This document shows, in pieces, positions 34,700 through 46,959 of a stretch of 64,000 nt of DNA. Position 1 is the first letter of the stretch, and each line of letters begins with the position of its first letter. The notes below the pieces were generated by a model. The model ran no database searches. It was given only the letters and a program-made list of their open reading frames with translations, and was not told the origin of the DNA. The position numbers were made by a program, and so were the translations under genes. The DNA comes from Anthoceros angustus (taxonomy: Eukaryota; Plantae; Anthocerotophyta): NCBI GenBank assembly GCA_010909165.1, contig MU008155.1, positions 2,170,001-2,234,000 of the forward strand. Reading direction: 5' to 3'.

Positions 34700-37210
34700 T
34701 GAAACCGGATATGGGGACATATAGTTGCTATGAATGAGCAAGGTATGCAATATGTGCAAGCGGAGTATGATAGGCATCGAGCATGTGGACGAAAGGCGCA
34801 ACCGAGACGAAAGTTTAGGAGTGAGTCTCACATCCGAAAGAATAGTGGATACCACTTCTTCTCTTGTGAAACCATTTGATGCCACATCGAGTATGGTACA
34901 TTTCTTACGCAATTGTAGAAATGGTGCAGGTTGTCTAATCGAGATATAAATGCTCGCTTGGTTCAAGTCTTTGTCTCATCCTTCGTTCAAGCCGGAGGAC
35001 CTTCAGCGGTGCGTGCTGATGTGAGAAAGTATGAGGCTTCTTTGGCGAGCTCACGGGATGGATGGCATGAGGTTTTAGTGAATGAACCCGAGACAATACA
35101 CTCACATTGCGATATCGAGATTCGAGTGAAGTATTGAGGGAACTATTTGGGGCTTGACCAATAGGGAAGGTTTTATACTGGACTCAAATTGAAGCTAGCG
35201 AGACTTACACCACACCGGATAGGGAAGTGGTGGAAATCCATGAGTCTAGTTGATAGCAAGTGTGAAGGTGGAGTTGGCGTGTGATTGATTTTATATTCGA
35301 TCGACTAGTTTATCCAATGACAGGACTTCGAGGTCATCCTTTGATGATGAGTCTCGGCAATATCAAATGTGAGCCGAGGCGAGCCGGAAGGGCATGCTCT
35401 TCTAGCCCTCTTACCAATCATACCATCTGAGATACATACAAGTTCAGGGCAAAGTGCAAGGAGGAAGTTAAAGGCCTTTCAACGTTGCTTGGAGATCATT
35501 CTCAAACCTGTAAAAGATGCTTCCTATACAGGATTGGAAATGGATGATTCCTTGGGAGACAAGCAATGGGTATTTCCAATGATATACTTATATATTTGTG
35601 ATAGTTTGGAGGGCTGCAAGGTTACTTGCACATATGGTTCTAACAAGTGTCAAAGGCCCTGCAGTATTTGTCTTGTGAAGAAACAGGAACTGAGCATGGT
35701 GCAAGTCCGTCAGAGTCCGCGGACAGAGATGCATATGAAGCAGATTTATGACGAGATACGAATGCAACCAAATGCAGGAGAATCTGATCACCTCAGTAAA
35801 CGTTGGTCATTATATGCAGTGGAGTGTGCTCTTTGGGGATTCAATGGCGGATTGACAGAGTTGGGAAATCCATACCTTTCTATCCACCCGGATCTTTTAC
35901 ATCAAAGTGAGGTGGTCTTTTCAAGCGCATGGTAGGAATCCTTGTGGAAATGGCTGAGGAACCTGCTTCGAGCAACATTTGCCTGAGTAGAAAGCCATTG
36001 AAAGAAATGGATCGACGATTACAATTCATTGCAACAAACCACAGATATGCCGAGTTCAGACTACCAGGTAATGACAAAGAAGGGTATTTCTCATCACAGG
36101 CTAATTTCGCCGCATTTGAACATAGAGCAGTGATGCAAGTTGTTGTCTTCTGCATGCTCGGTGTGTATCCCAACACGATAGTTAAGGTGTTTGTGAAGTT
36201 TTTGTCATGGTACAACTTGCTCTCTCGGAGTTCATCACATACAGAGGCAAGCCTGCAAGAAGTGGACAGACTCATGGTAGATTTGGTGGATTTGTTGAAG
36301 TTGCATATGAGTAACTAGCAGAAATCTAAGTTTGGAATACTCAAGGTGCATTTGATGTCACATTTTAGTGATGCAATTAGAAGGTCGGGACTAGCATGGG
36401 AATTTAATACCAATATGTTTGAGAAGATGCATATTGCTCTTATGAAGATCCCTTATAGAGCATCCAATCGAGAAATGTTGCTAGCTCAACTTGTCCATCA
36501 CCAACGACTAATAGCTTTAAGAAGACAAGCTCACGAGAGGGGTTTGAAGTTGAAGAGGAGTCGATGACACCGCTTTGGATGAAGTCCGAACGGGTAAGAA
36601 TGTGTTTAGCAGACATCGATGTGTCACTTCCAATTGACTAAACTCTATCTCCCAAGTGATTCTACTCAATTGACTAACAAGGTCGAAGTTCTTAGATGGC
36701 CACTGAGGTGAGAGCCGAATTCCAACATGCCTTAGATGTGTATCTAAGGGACCAAGGGCTTGATGAAGTGACTAAATTGTAGTCAAGAAAGCCATGGCGA
36801 TACTGTGGAGTGGGTGATCGGTTTGGATCCCGGCCTATGTATGTGCAACACAAGATTTCTTTGGTGCCATGGTTTAGTGATGTGGCTTTACGGATGGAGG
36901 CATGGATCGGATCCAATAACTTGGTATGGCAGCTTAGACTGTTTGTGTGCAATAGTGCCTTGGGGAAGATGAGGTTGTGGAGCGAAAATTATGCTTTGTG
37001 CGACTTTACCAAGAAGTTCACGAGAATGCATCGAATAGATTGGTCCAATGCAAGGAACTAGTGTGGGCATCTGAACGGCTGAGAGCAAGATCAAATTGCC
37101 GTCTTGGTTCCAAGCTATCCGGTGATAGATGCTTCAAACATACTCGAGCTGTCCATCTAATCCCTCACTTCAATGCAGAGATTGACGTTCTTCGAACCAC
37201 TATAAGTTAA
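34700..37210 (+). mobile_element. Decayed Plavaka-type (CACTA/Mirage/Chapaev-related) DNA transposase
   Basis: Ordered motifs across frameshifts: LILYS(D), GHPLMMSLGNI, HALLALLP, FQRCLEIILKPVKDA...VFPMIYLYICDSLEGC...CSIC, IHPDLLHQ, MDRRL, ILKVHLMSHFSDAIRRSG...NTNMFEKMHIALMKIPYRASN, WFSDVAL, QLRL, RAVHLIPHF. These correspond to the Plavaka pattern PDxLHQ, PKxHxxxHY, NTExxERxH, YRASN. Confidence 0.8.
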
Positions 37211-37223
37211 CGCTTGTGCTTGT

Positions 37224-37935
37224 GGGGAATGAGTTGGCTGTTGGACCCAAGCCCGGAATTTGGCAAACTCTATCTGCTTGTTGATAGTGGGGCAACTTTC
37301 AAGACCGCTAACCTCAAACCTCGAGCATTTGGGGTCCAAGTACAGAATGACGATTGATACATTGTCTAATGCTTGGAGATGTGTCGCATTTTGGATCATA
37401 TCTGAGGTGCACGAGATTAGAACTCTCGACTCCACGTGTTGAAGCTTGGTGGCCAAGAAACTTTGGCCACCTAGCTTTTCAACAATCTTCTGATTGTTGC
37501 ACCAGCCTTGATGAGACTATGGGAGAGGAAGAAGAGCAAAGTCAAGCCTCCAAGGGAGTTCCCAGTCAGAACGTTGATGATTTGTGGGGAATGAGTTGGC
37601 TGTTGGACCCAAGCCTGAATTTGGCAAACTCTATCTGCTTGTTGATAGTGGGGCAACTTTCAAGACCGCTAACCTCAAACCTCGGAGCATTTGGGGTCCA
37701 AAAATGACAATGATTGATACATTGTCTAATGCTTGGAGATGTGTCGCATTTTGGATCATATCTGTAGGTGCACGAGATTAGAACTCTCGACTCCGAGTTG
37801 AAGCTTGGTGGCGAAACTTTGGCCACCTAGCTTTTCAACAATCTTGATTGTTGCACCAGCCTTGATGAGACTATGGGAGAGGAAGAAGAGCAAAGTCAAG
37901 CCTCCAAGGGAGTTCCCAGTCAGAACGTTGATGAT
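37224..37935. repeat. Two tandem copies of a ~360-bp unit right after the transposase
   Basis: ggggaatgagttggctgttggacccaagcc...cagaacgttgatgattt at 37224 and ~37584. Confidence 0.9.
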
Positions 37936-38353
37936 TTCAGGAAGAGAGTGATATAATTCTTCTTTCTTTGGTCCGCAGCAACCACCGGAGGTTAAAGATG
38001 GCCTGCAAGATCGGGTTCCCGTATCCAACAGTAGTATCTTCATATGAACTAGTGAACCTTCATCGATGAGCTCGAGAAAGCTTCGGGAACAAACAACGGA
38101 TGCACGGATCACGTAAATTCGGTTTGAGCGAATACCCCTCGATGAGTTTCCTTGGTGACTTGCTTAGCTTCATTTTCTCCGCTTTCCGTCGGAAAAGCTG
38201 ACAAGGACAACATTGTCACAAAACATGGCTACACTTGGTAGTAAGACGAGTTCCTTGCACCGTCACATCTCGTCTTTCACGAGCGTAAGTACCAAATCAA
38301 CGGTGACATTCCCGAAGAATTGAACTTGCCTCTACTTACGGCTGCCAAATGTT

Positions 38354-38610
38354 GTGCTTCAACTGGGTGTGTTTTGTGTTGTTGCATTGTTGTGGCGGGC
38401 TTCAACCCACCTTAAGATTTTGGTTTTGCACCGCCAATGCCGGCCCGTGGGAGATGCAGAGGCCTTCAAGTTAGAGCTCACGGTGCGATCGGGCTGTGAG
38501 GCTCGCAGGCTTGTCGTGTTGGCCAGTCGGGTGCGCGGTGAGCTTTGGAGGGCGGCAGGTGGGGTACTATGAAAGTCAATGTCGAAGTCAGCTAGCTGCA
38601 TTCAGTGTAT
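38354..38610 (+). pseudogene. Inverted copy of the LCYE 5' flank, 5'UTR and start-codon region
   Basis: gagctttggagggcggcaggtggggtactatgaaagtcaatgtcgaagtc matches the reverse complement of 23340-23395. Similarity continues over ~250 bp to ~23600 (ORF 38359-38601 aligns with ORF 23082-23582). Confidence 0.85.
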
Positions 38611-38849
38611 GGGTAGGGACAGGTTTTCTAGTCTATGCCGATAGGTGCTAGGAGCAGGAGCACTTGTGGCAACAAGTCTTTCTGGACCGTACTATGTGGT
38701 GGGACAATAGACGAGAGAAGAAGAGCTCCCATTCGCCTGACTTCCAACTTAAGGGGTCCGGTGAGGTCTTGTGGTGTCCTGTGGTTAAACAACATGCTTA
38801 AGCCAGTTTGGATCAATGAAAAGCTCGATTCAAAAGGTGGCAGCAGGAT

Positions 38850-39310
38850 GGATCAAAGCCATAAGGTCCCGAGTGTTGGCCCATTTTTGGCTCAATGTTT
38901 GAGATGTACTACAACTTTGAGAGGATGTATGATCAGGACTACATATCATGGTCACCGGAGCTAGCCTCACCTTCTCGCCTCATGGGAGGCCGACCTACTG
39001 CTTATAGCTGATCCCGTCTCAGTGAGCGACTCGGGACCAACTACCCCAAGGTACACACCACCGCCACTACAAGGGACTATTCAACACGTTTGTGCTTTAT
39101 GTTGTAGTCAATAAAACATTTGATGAGTCATCACCTCATGTGGCGGGAAGACTTTGGAACCTTTGCTAGAGATGGGATCTTTAATTCGGATGGGGAGAAG
39201 TGGAAGAAGCAACGGAAGACAGCCAGCTTCGAGCTTTCATCCAAGGTCCTTCGTGATTTCAGCTCAGTCGTGCAATGAAGCAATGCGCTAGCTCTTGCCT
39301 CTGAGTAAAG
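38850..39310 (+). pseudogene. CYP704B-like cytochrome P450 5' fragment (two exon pieces plus intron), copy 1
   Basis: MFEMYYNFERMYD..LIADP..TNYPK, then gt intron, then (L)GDGIFNSDGEKWKKQRKTASFELSSKVLRDFSSVV, matching the CYP86-clan/CYP704 B-C helix region. No heme-Cys region. Confidence 0.8.
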
Positions 39311-40214
39311 CATACGGATGACTGTGCCCCCATCGAGCCTTCTTGGTAAGCTCTGCAGTCGCGCTCTACCACTTTTCAGCTTTCAGTAGCCCTAGCAGCT
39401 CCTGACCCCTGATCCCTCTGTAGCTACATACTTATGTATTGGGCCAGAATCGCAGCTGTGGAGAAAGTGAGCCCACTGCTCATTGCTTGTCTTGTTAATA
39501 AAATTCCAGTCTTCGGTGGACCGTGGAAGTGAGCTCGGGCTTGGTGTGTGTCCAGGATTCTATGAGGGGCTCTGCTAACCTCAGGGAGTCAACTCGCAAG
39601 CAAAGCCTCAGTGAAAGAAGGTAAGGAGCCCAGACTTAGAAAGTGTGGGTAGGGACGGGTTTTCCAGCTACGGTCGTTGCGGAGGCGGGAGCACTTGCGG
39701 CAGAATTTTTGTGGACCCCGCCTGGTGGGACAACAGACGAGGTAAGAAGAGCGCTGCTTCGACTTCCGGCGTAAGGGGTCCGGAGGTCTTGTGGTGTCCT
39801 GTGGTTAAACAACATGCTTAAGCCAGCTTGGATCAATGAAAACATTTGATGAGTCACCTCATGTGCATGGATCTGCAGATGGGACATGGTACCTCTCCTT
39901 CCGCCCACCTCCCGGATGAGCCTAAACCCGGGAGGCGGCGGTGGGGTACTATGAAAGTCAATGAAATCACTAGCGCATTTATGCATTCATGTAGGTAGGG
40001 ACAAGTTTTCTAGTCTATGCCGGTAGGTGCTAGCAGGAGCACTTGTGGCAACAAGTCTTCTGGACCGTACTATGTGGTGGGACAATAGGCGAGAGAAGAA
40101 GAGCTCCCATTCGCGACTTCCACAAGGGGTCCGGAGGTCTTGTGGTGTCCTGTGGTTAAACAACATGCTTAAGCCAGCTTGGATCAATGAAAAGCTCGAT
40201 TCAAAAGGTGGCGA

Positions 40215-40680
40215 GGATGGATCAAAGCCATAAGGTCCCGAGTGTTGGCCCATTTTGGCTCAATGTTTGAGATGTACTACAACTTTGAGAGGATGTATGG
40301 AGTTACAGACTACATATCATGGTCACCGGAGCTAGCCTCACCTTCTCGGCCAGCGTGGGAGGCCGACCTACTGCTTATAGCTGATCCCGTCTGTGGAATT
40401 CTCGGGACCAACTACCCCAAGGTACACACACACCGGCAAATGAGGACTATTCAACACGTTTGTGCTTTATGTTGTAGTCAATGAAAACATTTGATGAGTC
40501 ATCACCTCATGTGGCGGGAAGACTTTGGAACCTTTGCTAGGAGATGGGATCTTTAATCGGATGGGAGAAGTGGAAGAAGCAACGGAGCCCGGCTTGAGCT
40601 TTCATCCAAGGTCCTTCGTGATTTGCTTCGTGTAAAGCAATCGCTAGCTCTTGCCTCGAGTAAAGCATACGGATGATGCC
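40215..40680 (+). pseudogene. CYP704B-like fragment, copy 2
   Basis: Near-duplicate of 38850-39310 with many small indels. Confidence 0.78.
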
Positions 40681-41389
40681 CCCATCGAGCCTTTGGTGCT
40701 CGCGCTCTACCACTTTTCAGCTTTCGAGCCTTGGCGCTCGACCCCACAATCCTCTGCTACATACTTATGTATTGGGCGAATCGCTGGAGAAAGTGAGCCC
40801 GGTCGTTGATTGCTTGTCTTGTTAATAAAATTCCAGTCTTGTGGTGGACCGTGGAAGTGAGCTCGGGCTTGGTGTGTGTCCGGGGATTCTATGAGGGGCT
40901 CTGCTAACCTCGCTTAGGAGTCAACTCCTCGCAAGCAAAGCCTCCAGGCGGGAGCCCAAGACTTAGAAAGTGTGGGTAGGGACGGGTTTTCCAGCTACGG
41001 TCGTTGCAGGCGGGAGCACTTGCGGCAATTTTTGTGGACCCCGTGGTGGGACAACAGACGAGGTAAGAAGCGCTCGTTTCCACGACTTCCGGTAAGGGGT
41101 CCGGCGGTGTGCTTAAGCAACATGTTTAACCCACTTGGGTTGATGAGCACCTCATGTGCATGGATCTGCAGATGGGACATGGTACCTCTCCTTCCGTCCA
41201 CCTCCCGGATGAGCCTAAACACAGGCGTGCAGGATCGGCAATGGGTGTTATCTACTGCGTGAGCACGTTATGTCGCAGGGAAGCTCGATGCCGTTGGAGC
41301 CTGGAATCGGCGAAGACAGTAGTCCCATTTCCTCTCCTCTTGTACATACTAAAGCGTATGCCTAAGAAGGATTTGGTTGTGGGGTGTCA

Positions 41390-42420
41390 ATTCATGATCT
41401 CACCGCCAAACTTGGGTACGAGACGAGTGCATCGTGGGGAACCATATCATGCGCATGTATGCATGTGGAGGTAGGTGCAGGAGGCCATGGGTTCACCGGT
41501 GGGCAAACCGGATGTCTTCATGTGTTTTTCCATAATCTGCACATGCTAATTACGGAAACCCGGGAGGCAATACAACTGTATCATGAAATGGGTAGGTCGA
41601 GTGATCGATGCTCATGTCTTTGTAGCTGCCCTTCAAGCTTGTGCATTTGCCGCCGACCGAATCGGAAAAGTGCACATGATGTAGTGCAGTGGCATTCCTA
41701 CTAACTTGTTTGTTGGCAACCGCCTTGTGGACATGTATGCAAAATGTGGCGAACCAAAAATGGACGCTGTGTTTTGTGATGGCCACAAAGGATGTGGTGA
41801 CATGGATCAGATTGATTGCTGTGTATGCAAAATGTGGCGAATGAAAGATGCACGCCAGATTTTGACAAGATGAACAGAAAGGATGTAGTGACATGGAATG
41901 CTCGATTCGGGTACACACCGCAAGGGCTTGGACAAATGCAGCAAGAGGGCTTGCTTTTGGCTAACCATGTTACTTTGCTTGCCTTCAAGGCTTGTGGAAG
42001 CACCGATGCTCATGTATAAGGCAGTGCACTCATTGTCGAAGAGGACTGCCGTAGTGGTGGGCAACGCCTTGTGGACATGTATGTGAAATGTGGTAAACTA
42101 GAAGATGCCCGGTTTTTGACAAGATGAACACAAAAGATGTTTTGACTTGGAATGCCCTCGACTGGTAGGCACAAAAGAAGGGCTCGGCCAAGAGGCGCTT
42201 GTTATGTATGGACAAATGGAGGAGGCGGACCTGCTTTTGGCTGACCATTTTACTTTGCTTGCCTTAAGGCTGTTCAAGCACCGGTGCCTTCATGAAGGGC
42301 ATGCACTCCGATTGTCGAAGAGGATTGCTAGTTAATGTAGTGGTGGGCATCTGCGTGGTGGACTGCTTGCAAAATGTGGTGAACTGGAAGATGCATGCAG
42401 TTTACCATACCCTGTGAAAG
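41390..42420 (+). pseudogene. PLS-PPR fragment, copy 1
   Basis: Heavily frameshifted ctttgtagctgcccttcaag (FVAALQ), ttgtggacatgtatgcaaaatgtggc (LVDMYAKCG), ggatgtggtgacatgg (DVVTW). Confidence 0.8.
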
Positions 42421-42949
42421 AGATGGAAACTTCATCCCGGATCCTCTATTCTCTCTGCAGACACCCTTAAACACCTTGTTCATAGGTCAAGCGTGAGAGG
42501 GGCCCAGTGACCTGTGGAGCCCAAGACTTAGAAAGTGTGGGTAGGGACGGGTTTTCCAGCTACGGTCGTTGCAGGCGGGAGCACTTGCGGCAATTTTTGT
42601 GGACCCCGTGGTGGGACAACAGACGAGGTAAGAAGCGCTCGTTTCCACGACTTCCGGTAAGGGGTCCGGCGGTGTGCTTAAGCAACATGTTTAACCCACT
42701 TGGGTTGATGAGCACCTCATGTGCATGGATCTGCAGATGGGACATGGTACCTCTCCTTCCGTCCACCTCCCGGATGAGCCTAAACACAGGCGTGCAGGAT
42801 CGGCAATGGGTGTTTTACTGCTGCTAGTGAGCACGTTATGTCGAAGCTCGATGCCGTTGGAGCCACAGAATCTGGCGAGCAGTCTTTCAGTCTGTTGGCC
42901 TCTGTACTAAAGCGTATGCAAGAAGGATTTGTGGGGTGTCGAATTCATG

Positions 42950-43930
42950 ATCTCAAACTTGGGTGCAGACGAGTGCATACGTGGGGAACCATATCATGCG
43001 CATGTATGCATGTAGGTGCAGGAGGCCATGGGTTCACCGGTGGGCAAACCGGATGTCTTCATGTGTTTTTCCATAATCTCGCATGCTAATTACGGAAACA
43101 CAGGAGGCAATACAACTGTACCATGAAATGGGTAGGTCGGGAGTGAAGGCGATGCTCATGTCTTTGTAGCTGCCCTTCAAGCTTGTGCATTTGCCGACAC
43201 AGAATCTGGCGAGAAAAGTGCCGTAGTGCAGTGGCATTCCTACTAACTTGTTTGTTGTGGCGCCTTGTGGACATGTATGCAAAATGTGGCGAACCAAAAA
43301 TGGGCCTTGAGGTTTTTGACAAGATGGCCACAAAGGATGTGGTGACATGGATCGGTGTATGCAAAATGTGGCGAGCGAAAGATGCACGCCAGATTTTGAC
43401 ATGAACAGAAAGGATGTAGTGACATGGAATGCTCGATTCGGGTACACACGCAAGGGCTTGGACAAATGCGCAAGAGGGCTTGCTTTTGGCTAACCATGTT
43501 ACTTTGCTTGCCTTCAAGGCTTGTGGAAGCACCGATGCCTTATGTATAGGCGGATGCACTCAGTTGTCGAAGAGGGCTGGGGCGTAGTGGTGGGCAAGCC
43601 TTGTGGACATGTATGTGAAATGTGGTAAACTAGAAGATGCCCGGTTTTTGACATGAACACAAAAGATGTTTTGACTTGGAATGCCCTCTCGACTGGTAGG
43701 CACAAGGGCTCGGCCAAGAGGCGCTTGTTATGTATGGACAAATGGAGGAGGCGGACCTGCTTTTGGACCATTTTACTTTGCTTGCCTTGAGGCTGTTCAA
43801 GCACCGGTGCCTTCATGAAGGGCATGCATGCACTAGATTGTCGAAGAGGATTGCTAGTTAATGTAGTGGTGGGCATCTGCGTGGTGGACTTTGCAAAATG
43901 TGGTGATGGAAGATGCATGCCAGTTTACCA
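42950..43930 (+). pseudogene. PLS-PPR fragment, copy 2
   Basis: Near-duplicate of 41390-42420, including the flanking sequence (42440-42510 vs 43950-44030). Confidence 0.8.
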
Positions 43931-44044
43931 TACCCTGAAAGAGATGGAAACTTCATCCCGGATCCTCTATTCTCTCTGCAGACACCCTTAAACACCTTGT
44001 TCATAGGTCAAGCGTGAGAGGGGCCCAGTGACCCAGGGTGACAT

Positions 44045-44210
44045 AAACCGTCTTGGGTTCCAAGCTATGTGGTGATAGATGCCTCAAACATACTCGAGTC
44101 GCTTCATCTAATCCCTCACTTCAATGTAGAGAGACGTTTTTCTGAACCACTATAAGCTCCGAACATTGCGGTTGTGGGAATGAGTTGCCCGCTCGACCCA
44201 AGCCTTGGGT
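44045..44210 (+). mobile_element. Second, diverged 3' end of the Plavaka-type transposase
   Basis: tcttgggttccaagctat..gtgatagatg..tcaaacatactcgag..catctaatccctcacttcaatg..gaaccactataag..gggaatgagttg..gacccaagcc repeats 37100-37250 with many substitutions. Confidence 0.8.
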
Positions 44211-45144
44211 CAAGCGAATCGAGTTTAAACCGCAGCTTGAAGCGTTGGCAAACTCTACCGCTTGTCGGCTGCAGCAATGTTCGTTGCACGCCATGCTTTC
44301 AACCGAGGAATGAAGTTGGAAAACAAACAACCGCAACCCATGTGTTAATGTCAAACATAGACACCGAGCGATGCGGATCCCTAGTCTCGAATCTTGAATA
44401 TATTTGATTTCGATGGAGTTTCCATATAGCTCATCCACGAGATTGCTATATTAAAAATATTTCTTATTAATATATTATACTATAGAGTCCTTGAATATGG
44501 AACCTCAAATATATGTTATGTCGATGGAGTTTCCATATAAAACATTCATGAGGTTGTTTAATTATTTAATATATATTAACTATATATATAATTTATCATA
44601 AAATAGTATTATTATTAGATATTTATGTTACATGTAATCAATATGGAATATGATCGTTTAATCAACATACTATCCACATGAGATTTATATAGTTTCTATT
44701 AAAAAAGAAACAATATGAGCATCATAAGGTATTTTGACATGGAAATCAACAATATATCAAAACATGGAATAAATGTTGAACATGTGTGGAGTTTGCAAGG
44801 TAACATGCGCAATCTATATTGTATCGCCACGGAATCTTTGGAAACCTTTTTCAACATTGAATCCATACAACAATTTGAGACGAACTTCAGTGTGGACTGA
44901 AACCATATTGAAAAAATACCATTTTTTCTCATTGAATCTACACAAGAAATGATCCACACGGCAACCGTGCAGAATCTTGGGGGGATAAAATTTGTGATGT
45001 ATATCCAAGTAGAGCAATTTTTGCAAGAATTTAGGAAGCAACCACCTTGCTCTATTATCCTCTCAAACATGGATGTCGTACTAGGTTGATGAGGGGCATC
45101 TTCATCATTATTATTCGTGCAATTGCAATTTTGCAATTTTCTCT

Positions 45145-45375
45145 TGTGTCATGATATACATCAGTAATATGAAGTCTCTCTCTTAAAGAATCCATGTCAT
45201 TTTGGTATGATGATGTGTCATGATATACATCAGTAATATGAAGTCTCTCTCTTAAAGAATCCATGTCATTTTGGTATGATGATTCATCATGAGTGATATC
45301 AAGTCTCTGTCCTGAATTGTCCATGTCATTTTTTTATGACAATTCATCATCAGTGATATCAAGTCTCTCTTTTGA
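45145..45375. repeat. 69-bp tandem repeat (two near-perfect plus degenerate units)
   Basis: tcatgatatacatcagtaatatgaagtctctctcttaaagaatccatgtcattttggtatgatga repeated; reads as a 23-aa repeat in ORF 45055-45324. Confidence 0.85.
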
Positions 45376-46959
45376 AGTGTCAATGTCGCTCTCATGATAA
45401 TTCATCATTGTCATTGTACTTGTATCTAATGACGGACGTGCACTGCACATCATTCAACCCAACTTGTGAAGTAGAACCATCCATCTATGCAACTTGGAGT
45501 TCTTCATTGTTTGAAAGCTGCCAAATTATCGATGATACACCCAACATTGGCAATTTCAGGTTGGAACTATGGAATATCCTAATATCCTTTGGGAGTCCCC
45601 CAACATATGCCTGATCGGCTGGTGGCATGTGGGCATCCATGTGATGGGGTCCACGTGCTTCGGGACTCACACGGCCTAAGTTTGTGTGGAGATTTCGCTC
45701 CTTCCCCGCAATATGTCCGTGCGCTCATGCCGCCGGCAGCCTAGGCTCCAGAGCAATTCTGACCGTGATTTGTGTACTTCACTATTAAAAAAAGACTATT
45801 AAAAAAAGACGATGATATGTATCGTTATTTAAACGAGGCTCAGTCACTCCCATTGTGACCGTCATGTATTGGCTGACACGTATATTCTTACCAAAGTGCG
45901 TCTGTTGGAGTGGAACCTGGGTGTATTGCTTGGAATATAATAATACTAATAATTTTATTTATATAATTATTTTAAAAATAATAATAATATATTTATGTCC
46001 ATGAAACGATCACCATATAATAAAAGAAATATAGTTAAAAATGGTAAAATAAAGCATACACATATGTACGTATGAAGTAGAGATAGCAATAGGGAAGAAA
46101 AGAAAGTAATGCAAACAAATAATGGAACCGTTCGACTACAAACGCTTTTGGACCATCAGCTCCAGTTCTACCTACTAATATATTAATAGACGCTTCTCAA
46201 CTCATCAAAACCAAAAGTCTCAGACTTTTTCTTCTGGTACGTGATGCCACCGCTGTGGAGCTATGTAGCAGCGAATTTTCCAGTGACGGGGCAGGAGCTC
46301 CAAGTCGGACAAACTCAGGCAGTCCCCACCTCTTCAAATTCCTCAGCTACCTGCAAACCGTAGTTGCCACCTGAGCAAGATCTTGAGCATAGCAGCTGTA
46401 GAAAGTACTATCGTAGGAAGGTAAACCCGTGTTCCATGAGCGAAAGGAAGAGTTTGTAGGAAATGCCACTCCTGTACAGTCTCAATGCTATCGATGTGGT
46501 GGATGCCAGTGATTCAGAAACTGCATGGAAATGCATGCAGAAAACATCAGGCTTCGCGATATTTTCCTCAAGGCACTGGTAAAAGTACTGTAACTGTGTA
46601 CAGCAGGAGACTCCAGGGAACAAGCTCAGGATGCTGGAATGGAAAGTGAGAGCTTGTTGCAACAATTCCAGGCGGAGACGTGGCAGGCTGAGGAAATATT
46701 CTGAACGAACTTGAAAGTCTACAGTGGCCGGGTATCAAATTGAGAAGCACAAGATTCGACACACTTCTCATGAAAAGCACAAGTTTTTTGGACAGGCTGA
46801 GAAACACTTGATTCAGGATTCGAAGAAATGAATGAGGTTACATAGAACTTCTGTCAATGAACAATGTAGTAGGAATGGTCTTTGAAGAGCTGACTGGAGA
46901 TCCTCGTTTTGTCCGTCTGGACACCATGGGGGAACTGTGCTTCAGCTACTAATTGGGTT

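Noticed and set aside
3405-45375. CRISPR-like reading of the short repeat arrays
   Set aside because: The units are tandem with no unique spacers, there are no cas genes, and the context is eukaryotic.
45780-45810. CACTA-like terminus (cactattaaaaaaag)
   Set aside because: It faces away from the transposase, no matching inverted partner or TSD was found, and it is part of a local 14-bp duplication.
46150-46850. Possible F-box/LRR(FBD) pseudogene on the minus strand
   Set aside because: Only a vague Leu-rich resemblance, with no diagnostic motif.
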